DNA of 64,000 nt from the NCBI GenBank assembly GCA_964199315.1, contig OZ116700.1:32674001-32738000 (forward strand). Direction: 5' to 3'. Below are positions 27,522 to 38,363 of the stretch, in pieces (the first letter of the stretch is position 1; the number at the start of each line of letters is the position of its first letter). Source of the DNA: Orbicella franksi. Its lineage: Eukaryota. Under the pieces are notes generated by a model. The model did no database searches and was not told where the DNA came from. It worked only from the letters and a program-made list of their open reading frames with translations. The translations under genes were made by a program, and so were the position numbers.

Positions 27522-28685
27522 TATTGCCAAATCCATTCAAGTCAATACTGAGATTTAGGCTCCTGGAAAACCCTGAGGCCCCGTCCTCACTTACGCCGGA
27601 GGAATTTGAAAACGCAGCTTTATTTCTACGGTTAGGCCTACCGTCCACACTAATCCTTCACTAAAACGGAGCTTTGCGAAGACGCTCTTCAAACCGGAGG
27701 AATTAAAAAACACCGGCTTTGCGTTTTCGTGGGGACAAAACATTTTGAAAACGAGGCTTTTAGCAAACGATGTGGCCACAGTAGTCATGTGAATTTCCAG
27801 ACCGAATTTTCTCAAACACACCGGTGATTGTTGCGTTTTCAAATTCCTCCGGTGTAGTGTGGACGGGAAACATTTGATGCGTTTTTAGAGTGAAACCTCC
27901 GTTTTCAAATTCGTCCGGCATAGTGTCAACGGAGCTTCAGATAATCAATAACTTATTAGACTATGTCGAGCTCCAATCATCTTCGTTACAGATGAATACT
28001 TTATTGATAATTTATTAAGTAATTTATACTAGAAAAGTGGTCGGCGCGAATCTTGCGTAGTACTGCTGTTGCTTATTTATGCGTGAATTCTACTCGTAAT
28101 TTATGCTTCGCTTCTGTCCCTAGTTTACCCATTACTTGATGGGAAAATTTATTCCAGTGTGTATCACGTGGTCCTCATGTTGACTTCTCACATCCCTTAG
28201 CTTTCAACACGTGACCATGAGTTTTTTTACGACAGGAACGAATCATTATTTTTTGGGGGTAATTTCCAAAAAATCGAGCTTTTGCTTTCTACTACCATAA
28301 TTTTGATTTTTGATATTAAAAAATATTTATAGTGCACAAGCTATTGGACACCAAAAATAATCATGCGCGACCTAAAGGTGTGAAATAATTTTATACCCCA
28401 GAAAATTAACCACCCCGCCCCTCCTCAAAAACATAATGGTCCGCCTCTAACTGGCTCTTATTGTGAGTTTATACCTCGTAGCTTTTTTGGAGTCTTCTCG
28501 CTCTGGTAGGGCATAGTTCTACTATTGCAATAGCAGGTCACAGGTTCGACCACTGCTGGAGGAATTCAGTCAGATTTTCTCTTCTTTTGTAAAGTGACAC
28601 GCGCTTGAGGTGATATTGATATTGATATTGAGTGGCGCGAAGATTTAGAATTCTCAATCTTCTCATTGCCTTGGTGTCTTGTTAA

Positions 28686-28930
28686 AGGAGCTTAGTCACG
28701 TTTTCTTTTTTTTTTTTTGAGTTATTTTGGCCAGGTACAAAATTAATTTTAAATTGAAGGAAACCTGAAAATAGTAGTTTACTAAGATAGAAAAACACCA
28801 AAGAGATAATAATAAACCATCAAGAAACAAGGATGGTTAAGGATGGAGGAGATTAACACGGATTACAAACGACGAACGTGAAAAATTTAGGCTAAACTTT
28901 TCAAGATGCGCAAACCGTGACTTAGCTCCT
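28686..28930. mobile_element. Kolobok-like MITE (related copy ~51305-51520)
   Basis: TTAA|AGGAGCTTAGTCACG ... CGTGACTTAGCTCCT|GTAA; body shared with the 51.3 kb copy. Confidence 0.65.
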
Positions 28931-29350
28931 GTAATGTGTGGTGTTTGTGTGTGAAATTTCTGCTTCGTACGTTCACTTCTGTAGCATTCAATAATAAGCT
29001 TACTTAATGTTGTTTTTAGTTGTATATATAGGTCAGGTATAAATAATCCTTAGTGCACGAAGAACAAGAAATATTTATTAATATAACTGCTGATACCAAG
29101 CAGTATGCAGTGATTAGAAGATAAGCCTAATATAATGAACTTTGGTCATGTAGTGCCGAGGAATTATCCTATAGATATAAGTATTCGACTTGACATACTG
29201 AGATTATCTCCCTCAGAGCGTGAAACACTGCTGTTAATTTTGTCATTTATATCTTTGGTAACATATCGCGAGGACTGTTACTAAGCGTGTCTCCAAAATG
29301 AGGCTGTGGGCCTCGCTACTTTGCTACGTGACTGTAAACGGTCAAGCGGA

Positions 29351-29466
29351 TTTCGTTACATTGTAACGTGACAGCAAACGAGCCTGCGGGTTTCGTAACT
29401 ACGTAACGTGACGGCAAACGGTCGTGCGCGTTTCGTTACTCTGTAACGTGACGGCAACGGTCGTGC
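29351..29466. repeat. Three tandem 40-bp units with internal GTTAC-N3-GTAAC palindrome
   Basis: TTTCGT(T/A)AC starts at 29351, 29391 and 29431. Confidence 0.8.
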
Positions 29467-30830
29467 TTTATTCAGAGCACTCGTACTTTGTTCTGATTGG
29501 ACCGTACGAATTGGAACTTGTCGAACTTCTCGTATCCGTTTATCAACGATTTGCTCTGTCGTACAGTTTTCTTCTGTCAGGCAAAGTGTCATACTTACAT
29601 TATCATGCAGTGCGTGCTTTCACTTTATTTGTTGCTCAGTAATGCTATTTGAATTACCAAAAATTGTCTTTTCTCTCGCAAAGTGATAGTCTGTGAGCAG
29701 TGTTCGAGATAAGTTTTAAATGTAAATTTAAAGACCGCAGTGAAAAAAATCTGTTGGAGCAGTGAGCCAAACTGCAAGGTTTTGATCTGTGATCCGTTTC
29801 TCATGTGGAACACTGTGTAAGTCTGCAATAACGTAGTTCAGTTTGCTCCTTGCCCTCCCCACCCTTCCAAGAATTAGCTGTTGTTTGTTGCATACACAAA
29901 TCTGTGTCTAAACTTATCATCTCCAAATTTTTTCCGCACCGCAAATTTAGCTCAATACTCCCAAAAAGTTCCTTTTTTTTTTCCAAACAGAATACAGAAC
30001 TGAATCTAATGGCAGCAGGATAGGAAAAAAATAGTTTGTTTATAAGGGAGTCCAAATCCGCTGTGACAACGACGATGTCATAACTTGGTTGTATCATATG
30101 CAAAGATCTTTATTACATCATCAGTATTTAATAATATTTAATTTGTATCGATTATCTGTCAAAGAGCGGTTTTCAATTGAGTGTCGCCGGAGAGTAAGCA
30201 GACAATTACTTTGGTTTTAGTTTTGGCTTTACTTGGGTTTGAGATTGGCTGAGTAGTCTAATTGGTGAGTAATTGGTTAGGTTTTGGTTTTTCGACCCCT
30301 CGAGCATGAAATGCATTTTGATCTCATCGTGTTTAAATAAATGATCTTACGACACTCAATTGAAAACCACTCTAATCTCTTTGAATCATTTTGTATTATT
30401 TAATTAGGCGCCGAGGCAGTGTGATGTCCGAAGGCGGACATTCTAACAACGCTTGATGATAGCGGCGTTGGTCATTAAATGAACCAAACCCAGGGAAGGC
30501 TTTTTGTTTTCCTCTTGTTACATGTCAGTTCATTAATAATTCATCAAAATTTTAAAAAGGAAGTAATGACCGTGACGGTGTTTGGATATCTGGTCTTAAT
30601 TACGATTTTATTTCTCCGTTTTCTCCCCAGTTTAAGTTTCGATTGAGAAGATATATCAGAGACTATCCAACACGAAAGATCGTGTTTTAACACGTTTCCA
30701 AACACCTCCAAGTTTGTCAAAACAAAAATGCGTCGTGCTTTTAACTCTTGGGGTTTTAAATTGTGGTTAAATACAGTCCGTGTTTAATAAACTACATCAG
30801 AGTTGACTTTGATAGTACAGGGAACTGTTA

Positions 30831-31314
30831 GGGCCGATTTACAGGATACGACTTTGTCGCATGCGACAAGTTGACGACAGGCCTACGACATGAATTGTTT
30901 CGTGTAGGATTTTAAACGTGTTTTAAAGCGCCGCGACAATCGTAGCCGAAATCGATAGAAAATGACGTGTTTTGTGACAAATTTCTACTGAGTAGGGGAC
31001 GAAGGAGAAGTTTTCTTGCGTCAAAATGGCGGACGAAGTTGTTCTTGACTGATTCACATGAAGTAGTTTCTCGAAAAGCACTGAACAGATTAAAACGAAA
31101 AACAACTCGTTAGAAAGTTTTTTCAAAGCGCAGGACAGCTAAAATATTTGTTTACCGTTTGTTAGAACTTTCGCTCCGTAAATCCCGGTGCAAACCTTTG
31201 CATATTTAATTTTGTAAGTGAAAATGTCGTGCGCGTGTAAATGGTCCTAAGTCATGTAGTAGGCCTGTCGTAAGCTTTTCGCATGCGTCAAAGTCGTACC
31301 GTGTAAATCGGCCC
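30831..31314. mobile_element. PIF/Harbinger-like MITE with ~65-bp TIRs
   Basis: GGGCCGATTTACA..TACGACTTTG / CAAAGTCGTACCGTGTAAATCGGCCC, flanked by TTA on both sides. Confidence 0.85.
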
Positions 31315-31877
31315 TTATATGGCTTGTGTTTGAAGCCGATGTTACGCGCGCTCTTATTGCCTATCTGTAAGACATTATTCTCCCGTTATGCCCACGGGCC
31401 GATTATGGGCCTGCAAAGACAAAGCAAAACGCCATGTGTTAAACAACGTATTAACCTGGAACGTTCGGTCTTTACGCCAAAATCTCAAACCTCCACCTAG
31501 CTGTATCAAAACGACACGGTCCAGGTTTGAGATTTTTTCGTAAAGACCTCACTCGCGGTTAATAAGTAGTTATTGTTAGCTATTTCGGCGTATTCTATTT
31601 CATCCGCAAGAAGACGAATTACTCTTATTCCATTTTCAAAAACAAAAAGATACTAAAAGGAAGGGAGGGAAAGCAAGTTTATCGAGTTTATGAGAGTAGA
31701 TTCTATGAAAAAAGGACAGTAATGGCACTGTTAAACATGACGAAGACATTGATAACCTTTGCAGCGTTAAAGAATTCGTGAGCAAAATCTTAAATGATTT
31801 TCGTATCAGAAAATTCTTCCTTAAATTAGCATGAAAAGATCTCTTGTACTTACCATTCAAATGATTTCTGTCAAGGT

Positions 31878-33962
31878 TTATCCTGCAAATTTGCTTGTTC
31901 CCCCTTGATCTACCGTTAGAAGCAGTTTGCTAACTTGAGCGATTTCAATTGTGGATTCATGAAGTCTGTTAAAGTCCCTGTGTACTCGAATATCATTGCC
32001 AAGGTGTCTTGCAAGCCAGTCGACTTCTGTTTCTTTCAGAGACAATACTAGCAAAACAGTTTCACTGTACTTCCTCAGCCTGGTACTGGTGATATTTGTA
32101 AGGTTTGACAAAGGTGGTTCACAATTTGTGCTTAATATCTTGAGATAATTCCAGACATGCATGGGCTCTAACGACTCTCAATTTGGTCTTGCAAACACGT
32201 ACGGATTTTCATCTGCGATGCCCACTGTTTTTCTCCTCTTGATAAGAATATCAATGCCGTTGATCATCTCAGGGGTCAAAATGACTGGAACCTTTCTGCC
32301 TCTCTTGCCGCGAATCTTCTAGCCTGTTCCAAGCTCTCGGTAGCTGGGCTCTTGGTAGTTGGGGACGAGCGAAAACGAGCGAGAGAAAAAACGAGGGAGG
32401 ACTAAGGCGAGTCCTTCCTCATTGTTTCTCTCGCTCGCCCTTTTTTTCGCTTGTCCCCAACTACCGAGAGCCTGGAACAGGCTACGAATCTCCACCATGT
32501 CTAGTCTAAATAAAATAATAGAAGATAACTGTCTTCATTTGTGCAAAGTCCACTCTTTCGAAAAAATGGAGTTCTTCTTAATGAAAGCGCAAAATAGGGT
32601 TTGGTCAACCAGCCATCTAAACAAAGAGCGAAGCGAAAAATACATTTATAAAGTGACATAGTTAGATAACCATTTTCGCCTTTAGCTAGTCTAACTGAAA
32701 ATCAAGAGTTAATTAAAGTTTCCTGAATGATATACAGCAGCATTATATCAGGCAGTCTAGCTTATTTTCAGCATGTTAACGTACATTTATGCACATATTT
32801 AAATAATTATTTCACTGACCTATAATGAGTTTAAAACTTGACAGTGAAAGCTTGAAGATGTCGAAACGTTCTTTCTCTGGCCTAAAGGCTTGGAAAAGTA
32901 TTAGAAATTTGACAAAACGCGCGTTTATTTTCTTACTGTACTCGTCGCTATTTGATTACCCATACTTATAATATATCTTTGACCAATGCAGTTGCAAAAG
33001 CCTAAGACATTTAACTTCACGGACACTCCGAGTAATAGTTCCGTATCTTCACTTGCCTTCTGGATAATTCTCTTTCAAAGCTGCTAAATGCTGACATTCT
33101 TTCAAGATTGTTCAATTTTGTCCAGTCTGGTCTGTTCTGGTAACTGTTCAGAAGCATCTTCATCCCTCTCTTCGTTTGTTAAATATGACCAGCCTTGCTA
33201 GAGTTGCTTGGGCTAAATCACTTCACGCTTGTAGCTCAGGCTGTTCTTCCAGAAGTTTTACACTAGAGGACACCTTGACGAGGACAAACTTCCGTAGTTT
33301 ATCAAGCTCATCTGCGAGAGACAACAGCTTCACTTTGTTGAATTTGCTTGCACTGAGAGAGTTAAGAGAACGGTGAGATACACAATGACTCCACTCAGAT
33401 TCCAAAAGTTTTTCAAAATTGTCTGCATCCTCTTGCAAGTCCTTATCTTTCCTGCACAACGCTTGACCCCGAAGAATGTGAACACACTTTTTAAGGGAAT
33501 GACTCAGCTTTAAAGACAGAGAGGGAGTAGCCACATTCTGGACGCCTCCTTGAAAATGAAACTTTAAAACCTTTTTTACAGCACTAACGACATCAAACTT
33601 GTCAGGTTTCATGAAATCAGAGAGCTGAGCATCAGGTCGGAAATCGGTTTTACGAAGCTATATACAGCGCGAGCAGAGCGAGCTCCCTCATTTTTTGAGA
33701 AACCAGGTTGTTTTTCTTTTCTCTTCTCGAGAAGCATCACTCCAACATCTCTGATGAGCTCGTCATTTCTGGCGATTACTGAAATTTCATCCGTTTTCAT
33801 AGTTGCGAGGGGGCAATGGCAACTTCTCTTCCAGACTTGGTGCTTTAGCTTATAATGCCTTGCAATTTCAGAAAACAAAGTGCCACAATAGTAACAAGCT
33901 TGTCTCTTGTCATAAAACCTTATTCTTTTCTTGTCTACTTGTCTGTGCACCTCGTAAAGACA
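31878..33962 (-). pseudogene. Decayed intron-containing tyrosine recombinase of a Crypton-like DNA transposon
   Basis: Fragments: ACYYCG..IARHYKLKH (zinc finger-like), TPSLSLKLSHSLKKC, ARLVIFNKRR (first catalytic R), RLDMVEIRGKRGRKVPVILTP, STRLRKY, LGNDIRVHRDFNRL (expected H and Y both N). Frameshifts, stops, a GC-AG intron (33056-32506) and a MITE insertion. Confidence 0.8.
32320..32484. mobile_element. MITE (TAGCCTGTTCCA termini, 9-bp TSD) inserted in the recombinase exon
   Basis: CGAATCTTC / CGAATCTCC flanks; removing the element and one TSD restores MVEIRGKR. Confidence 0.85.
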
Positions 33963-34638
33963 CTGAAATGATAATGATATGAGTTATATAAGTACGTACG
34001 GTGACGTCATAGGCAAAGCTTTTGCCATCCATAGGTTACCACTTCCATATGACAACAACAACAACCATTTATTTGTACTCACAATTTATAAAATAATTAC
34101 AATAAACATTAAATTAGTATAGAGTACTGCCTGCCCAAAATAACCATAAGGGCTAAAAAGAATGGGCAGACATTAAGTTACATAGATTATTGCAAACACG
34201 TACGGATTTTCATCTGCGATGCTCACTGCTTTTCTCGTCTTGATAACAATATGCATGATGCCCCGCTAAAATGATATATAGATTTAGCCAAGCCTAAAAG
34301 CGGAGCTCCTAGGTCGGGTTGTTCAAAGCCCAATAAAGCTAACCCAGGGTAAGGGATAATTTTGATTGGAGTTTTGTAACTTTGCGGTGAGGTTTTCTTT
34401 ATCTTGTTTGGCTTTCTGTTTTGAGTTTGAATAATCTCAGACTAAACCGTGAAAGCAGTGAAAAACACTGTTATATAAGAAAAATTTATTTCTTCGGTTA
34501 ACTTTTAATCTTGGGTTAGTGTTAACCGCCTTCCGAGCAACCCGGCCCTGATTACAACAAGACGCATATCTGCGTAAACTTGGGCGTCTTTCCTGGCATA
34601 TCGAGCTGTAAACGCCAGGAAATCGACATGGTGAAGTC

Positions 34639-36144
34639 TTAGTTGTCTTTTGTCGATAGATTTACTTCAGATCTAAAAATTTCAACAGTCTTTGGCAAAT
34701 GAGCTGGTGAAAAATTCCCATTTAAACTTAGATTGTCACATAATCTTTTTCCATTGTCCACAATTTCTGCTAAAGTGTTTGAATTCCAATAACTACATGA
34801 TTTTATTAAAGAGTAGTAGAGAGAGTAGATAGCTACTGCACAACTAAGATTGAAGTTTTGCATTCCAAAAGAATTGTTTGAGAAAGTGTGCTATTTTGAG
34901 CTTGATTAATGTGTACCCCTTTTATTTCAAGTATTTCATTTTCATGTATACTCTGAAAATAATGTACCAAGCTAATCAGTGATGGTATTTCAAACAGTAC
35001 ACATGTACCTTGAGGATGCCCTCTGCCATACAAATCCCTTGCATGAGAATCAAATATTTTAAACCCCATATTACCATTACAGTAGAAAGCAACACTAATA
35101 ACCCCTACTGTTAATATAAAATTAGTGTGACCATCAGATATGAGTGATTCAAAGGCTCTTTGTAAAGAGGTACAGTACTGATATCCTTCTATTATTGTCT
35201 CTCGATGCACAGTGCCAGAATAGCTTTCACTGTATTCTAATTGATAGTCATCCTGAAACACATTTAACATAGTTGGCAATTCTGTCTGCATTAAACAGGA
35301 CTGTCTTGCTAATTGAGACAAACTTAAAACAATTGATTTCCAAAATTCATTATGTTGATGAGATCTTGAGCAGAACTAATGCTTTGTCTGGTATTGTAAA
35401 TCAAAGAACATAAACTCATTGCTACACATTGTTGCCCGGCATTTGCCCAAATACTAAACCATTACCTTGGCTATATGGTGCTGCAATTGTTTTGCTGGAG
35501 TCGACAAGCATTGGGGTAGGACCAGGGTTCTTTTCTATGTCTGAAATCAATTTAAATTTACAATAATTCGCTGCATGGGCCTGACTCTTGTAAAGACACA
35601 GTCTATTTGGAGAAAACAATGACAAATACCGACTAGCTCTCTTTCTCAACTCTAATAGACTTTCATGGATTGTCCCAGATCCTTTAAACAAAAACTTCGT
35701 TTTATTTCGTTGTTTTATAACTGTTACATAACAATGCACTTTGGAGGACTTCGGTGTACATGAACGAATACCTTTATAAAGAAATTCTCTAACCTTTCTG
35801 TTCTTGTTCCTCAATCGTTCCAGAGTTCGTATTGGTATTCTGCTGGGTTCACGATCACGTCTAAATACACGATAATGCTTGTGAAGCTTGTTCTTTGCAT
35901 GATTAACATTGGATAGCTCATTTGATATACATCTAGCATGGTTCTCGATAGGTTCACTCAGAAATCTTCGCTCGTAAATTGATCTCTCGTAAAGTCCGCG
36001 GAGCGACCCTTTCAAAAAACGTTCAAAAACGTTTAGCGTGGGTCTACCGCAAACGGTGTGTGCATTTGTATGTGGTTTGAGCGTAGAAGAAATCATAGTG
36101 TTCGTGCTTCCTTCTAAGGACGACGCTTGAGATAAATCCACCAT
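34639..36144 (-). pseudogene. Decayed transposon polyprotein: basic N-terminal ORF, 2A (DIEKNPGP), herpesvirus-tegument-type (peptidase C76-like) deubiquitinase domain, start of a second similar domain
   Basis: 2A core at 35541-35518; across three 1-nt frameshifts TIAAPYSQGN..FG(.)AGQQCVAMSL...KIFDSHARD gives Cys plus D-x-H; second repeat SCAVAIYSL..KSCSYWNSNTL..IVDNG. Confidence 0.72.
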
Positions 36145-36843
36145 TTTTTACCATGTGCTGATGTGCATACGTGCGCATGCGCAGAGATAACAAGCAGGGA
36201 CGCAAAGGGACGCATGCGTTGTAAGGCCCAGACGGCGATTTGTGACTGAACGCAAACAAAAATGAAGGGCAATTTTAAACTTGGGCTCCCTTTGGGATAC
36301 GCCCAAGTAACAAGTTAAGTCGACATGAGCCCGCGATCCAATCGAAAACGAGCAATTGGTCAGCGGTAGCTCGTCGCTGTAATGGGGCCTACAACTCTCT
36401 GTTTCTCTCGCCGTACAATTTTAAGTAAAAAATAAGTCAATGTCATTCGAGTGTCTGGTCGTTGCTATATTTGAGAGAATAAACTTCACGGATTTCCTCG
36501 CCTTCTGCTATTGAATTTGCTGTAGAAAAGTCCGATTTTAAGTGGGATTTATTGAGGTATATACAGTTTAAACAGGATGAGCTTCATCGACACCCCTGAA
36601 GGTATACGGTAACCTTAATGAATTTTAACAGGCTTATTTAATTAGGAAGCAAAGTGTTGCCCCTGATACGTTCTCGGCTTGATTTTTCAATATATTTATA
36701 TGAACAAAACTTGTAAATAAAATGGAAGAAGCGTGGAAATAACAGTAGTTATTACAATACGAAATCGAGACAGTTCATTAAAAGCTGGACAACATTGCTA
36801 TATATAACCTTTATTTACCCTCGGCAGTGTTATAGCACAAGTG

Positions 36844-37070
36844 CTAGTGGGGCCGAGCAAACAACTGAAGCAAATAATTCAAATTGAACATAACATTGTT
36901 AAGAATCCCAACTGGCCGGAGGCAAACCAGTTGGCTATTTACAAACATGGCAGAGGATTTGAACTTGGGGCTACCGAAAAACAAATCCCGGTAGTGGTCA
37001 GAGCGGGACTCGAACCCGGGACCGCTGGATTGCGAGTCCGACACGCTGACCACTCGGCCACGCTGCCTCC
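36844..37070 (-). mobile_element. tRNA-derived SINE
   Basis: Reverse complement matches the 13.6 kb SINE. Confidence 0.85.
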
Positions 37071-37316
37071 TCTATCCATGTACATTTTCATTATTATCGA
37101 GTAGCCTAAATATTTTTGGGATAATGAAGAACTTTTTTTAAGTCTTAAAATGGTACAGCGCACGGGTTACTGGAGTAAAAACACATGTACCACAACTGTC
37201 AATGAAAGACATATTCGATAACAACCTGTTGAGGTAACTTTATTCTGCAAGAACAGTGTCACAAGCTCTTATGAGCACATACATCAGTGTATATTAAAAT
37301 TTAAAACGACAGTCTC

Positions 37317-38363
37317 TTAAATCTGGCTGCATGTTTTTGCTTCCCGGGCGTCTATCAAGGGAATTCCGGCGGGTTTAAGCGAAGCTGCCCGTGCAGTGTT
37401 ATAAGGACTAACCAATGGACTGTGTGAAGGGACGCGAGTCATTGACGTGCTACTGTCGTAGGTAATATCTTGCAGCAGCACATCTCGACCCTCACTGCGG
37501 GGTTTTGGACGACGAATTGACACCAATATTGCTTCCTTAAACTCTGGAATCCTAAACGTGTACACCGCGGCGTTCATGAAAGAGTTACTGTAGTGTAACA
37601 GCTTTATAAAGAAAACAGTGTTCATGGAAAAGACGCATGTCTTACAAAAGTGGACTAAAATGAAGATGAGTTGAAACGGAAGCCATGAAAGGACAAAAAT
37701 AGCCGTTACACACAGCAAGGTTATACTCAACCGACGTTCAACCGTTAAATCTTTCTGATCTTTTGCACTGTTATTTTTCTGATTGATTTTAAAAATGATG
37801 GCTATGTAAGCAAAACAGGCAACAGTCAACGGCAAGGACAGAGAGAAAATCACGGCTGTGTAGAAGGCTTCTCTCACAATCCGCAAATAAAAAGCAATGC
37901 TAATGGCTGCAACGCATCCAGCGAGACACCACGTCGCCGCAACACAGCAGAAGTAAACCTTTCTGGGTATCATCCTGTATTTGAATGGAATCGAGACAGC
38001 CAGGAGCCTCTCTAGGGACACAATCGCCAGCGTGAACACGGACGCAAGTCCAGACAGGATATCCACTGTTGAATGAATCATCGGCAACACAAGACTCTGG
38101 CTCCACATCTGTGGATGCACCAGGTAGGAGATAAACAGAGGCACGGACACGGCTCCGACCATGAAGTCAGCAATGGACAGGTTGATCAGGAAGTAGTGGG
38201 TATGTTTTCGACGTGGTTTTGTCTTCATAAACGCAGCAATGGACACCGTGTTGGCCAAAATTATCAAGATGGCCACAATACCGTAAGACGTACCCCAGAA
38301 CGCAGCTTGGACGCTGGAGAGAGTGGTCGGTAGTCGTCTTTGGGGAAGTGAGGAATTGTTCAT
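37317..38363 (-). CDS. Intronless rhodopsin-like (class A) GPCR, 348 aa, orphan
   Basis: Seven hydrophobic segments; TM1 AN, TM2 LSIADF, TM3 SLERL (DRY variant), TM4 W, TM6 FVLSWLPF, TM7 NSFMNAAVY (NPxxY variant). ATG at 38363 follows a polypyrimidine/AG acceptor, implying a 5'UTR intron. Confidence 0.93.
   Translation of the reverse strand: MNNSSLPQRRLPTTLSSVQAAFWGTSYGIVAILIILANTVSIAAFMKTKPRRKHTHYFLINLSIADFMVGAVSVPLFISYLVHPQMWSQSLVLPMIHSTVDILSGLASVFTLAIVSLERLLAVSIPFKYRMIPRKVYFCCVAATWCLAGCVAAISIAFYLRIVREAFYTAVIFSLSLPLTVACFAYIAIIFKINQKNNSAKDQKDLTVERRLSITLLCVTAIFVLSWLPFQLIFILVHFCKTCVFSMNTVFFIKLLHYSNSFMNAAVYTFRIPEFKEAILVSIRRPKPRSEGRDVLLQDITYDSSTSMTRVPSHSPLVSPYNTARAASLKPAGIPLIDAREAKTCSQI

Noticed and set aside
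29625-30103. Minus-strand Cys-containing ORFs as element cargo
   Set aside because: No recognisable motif and interrupted; cannot be supported without a database search.
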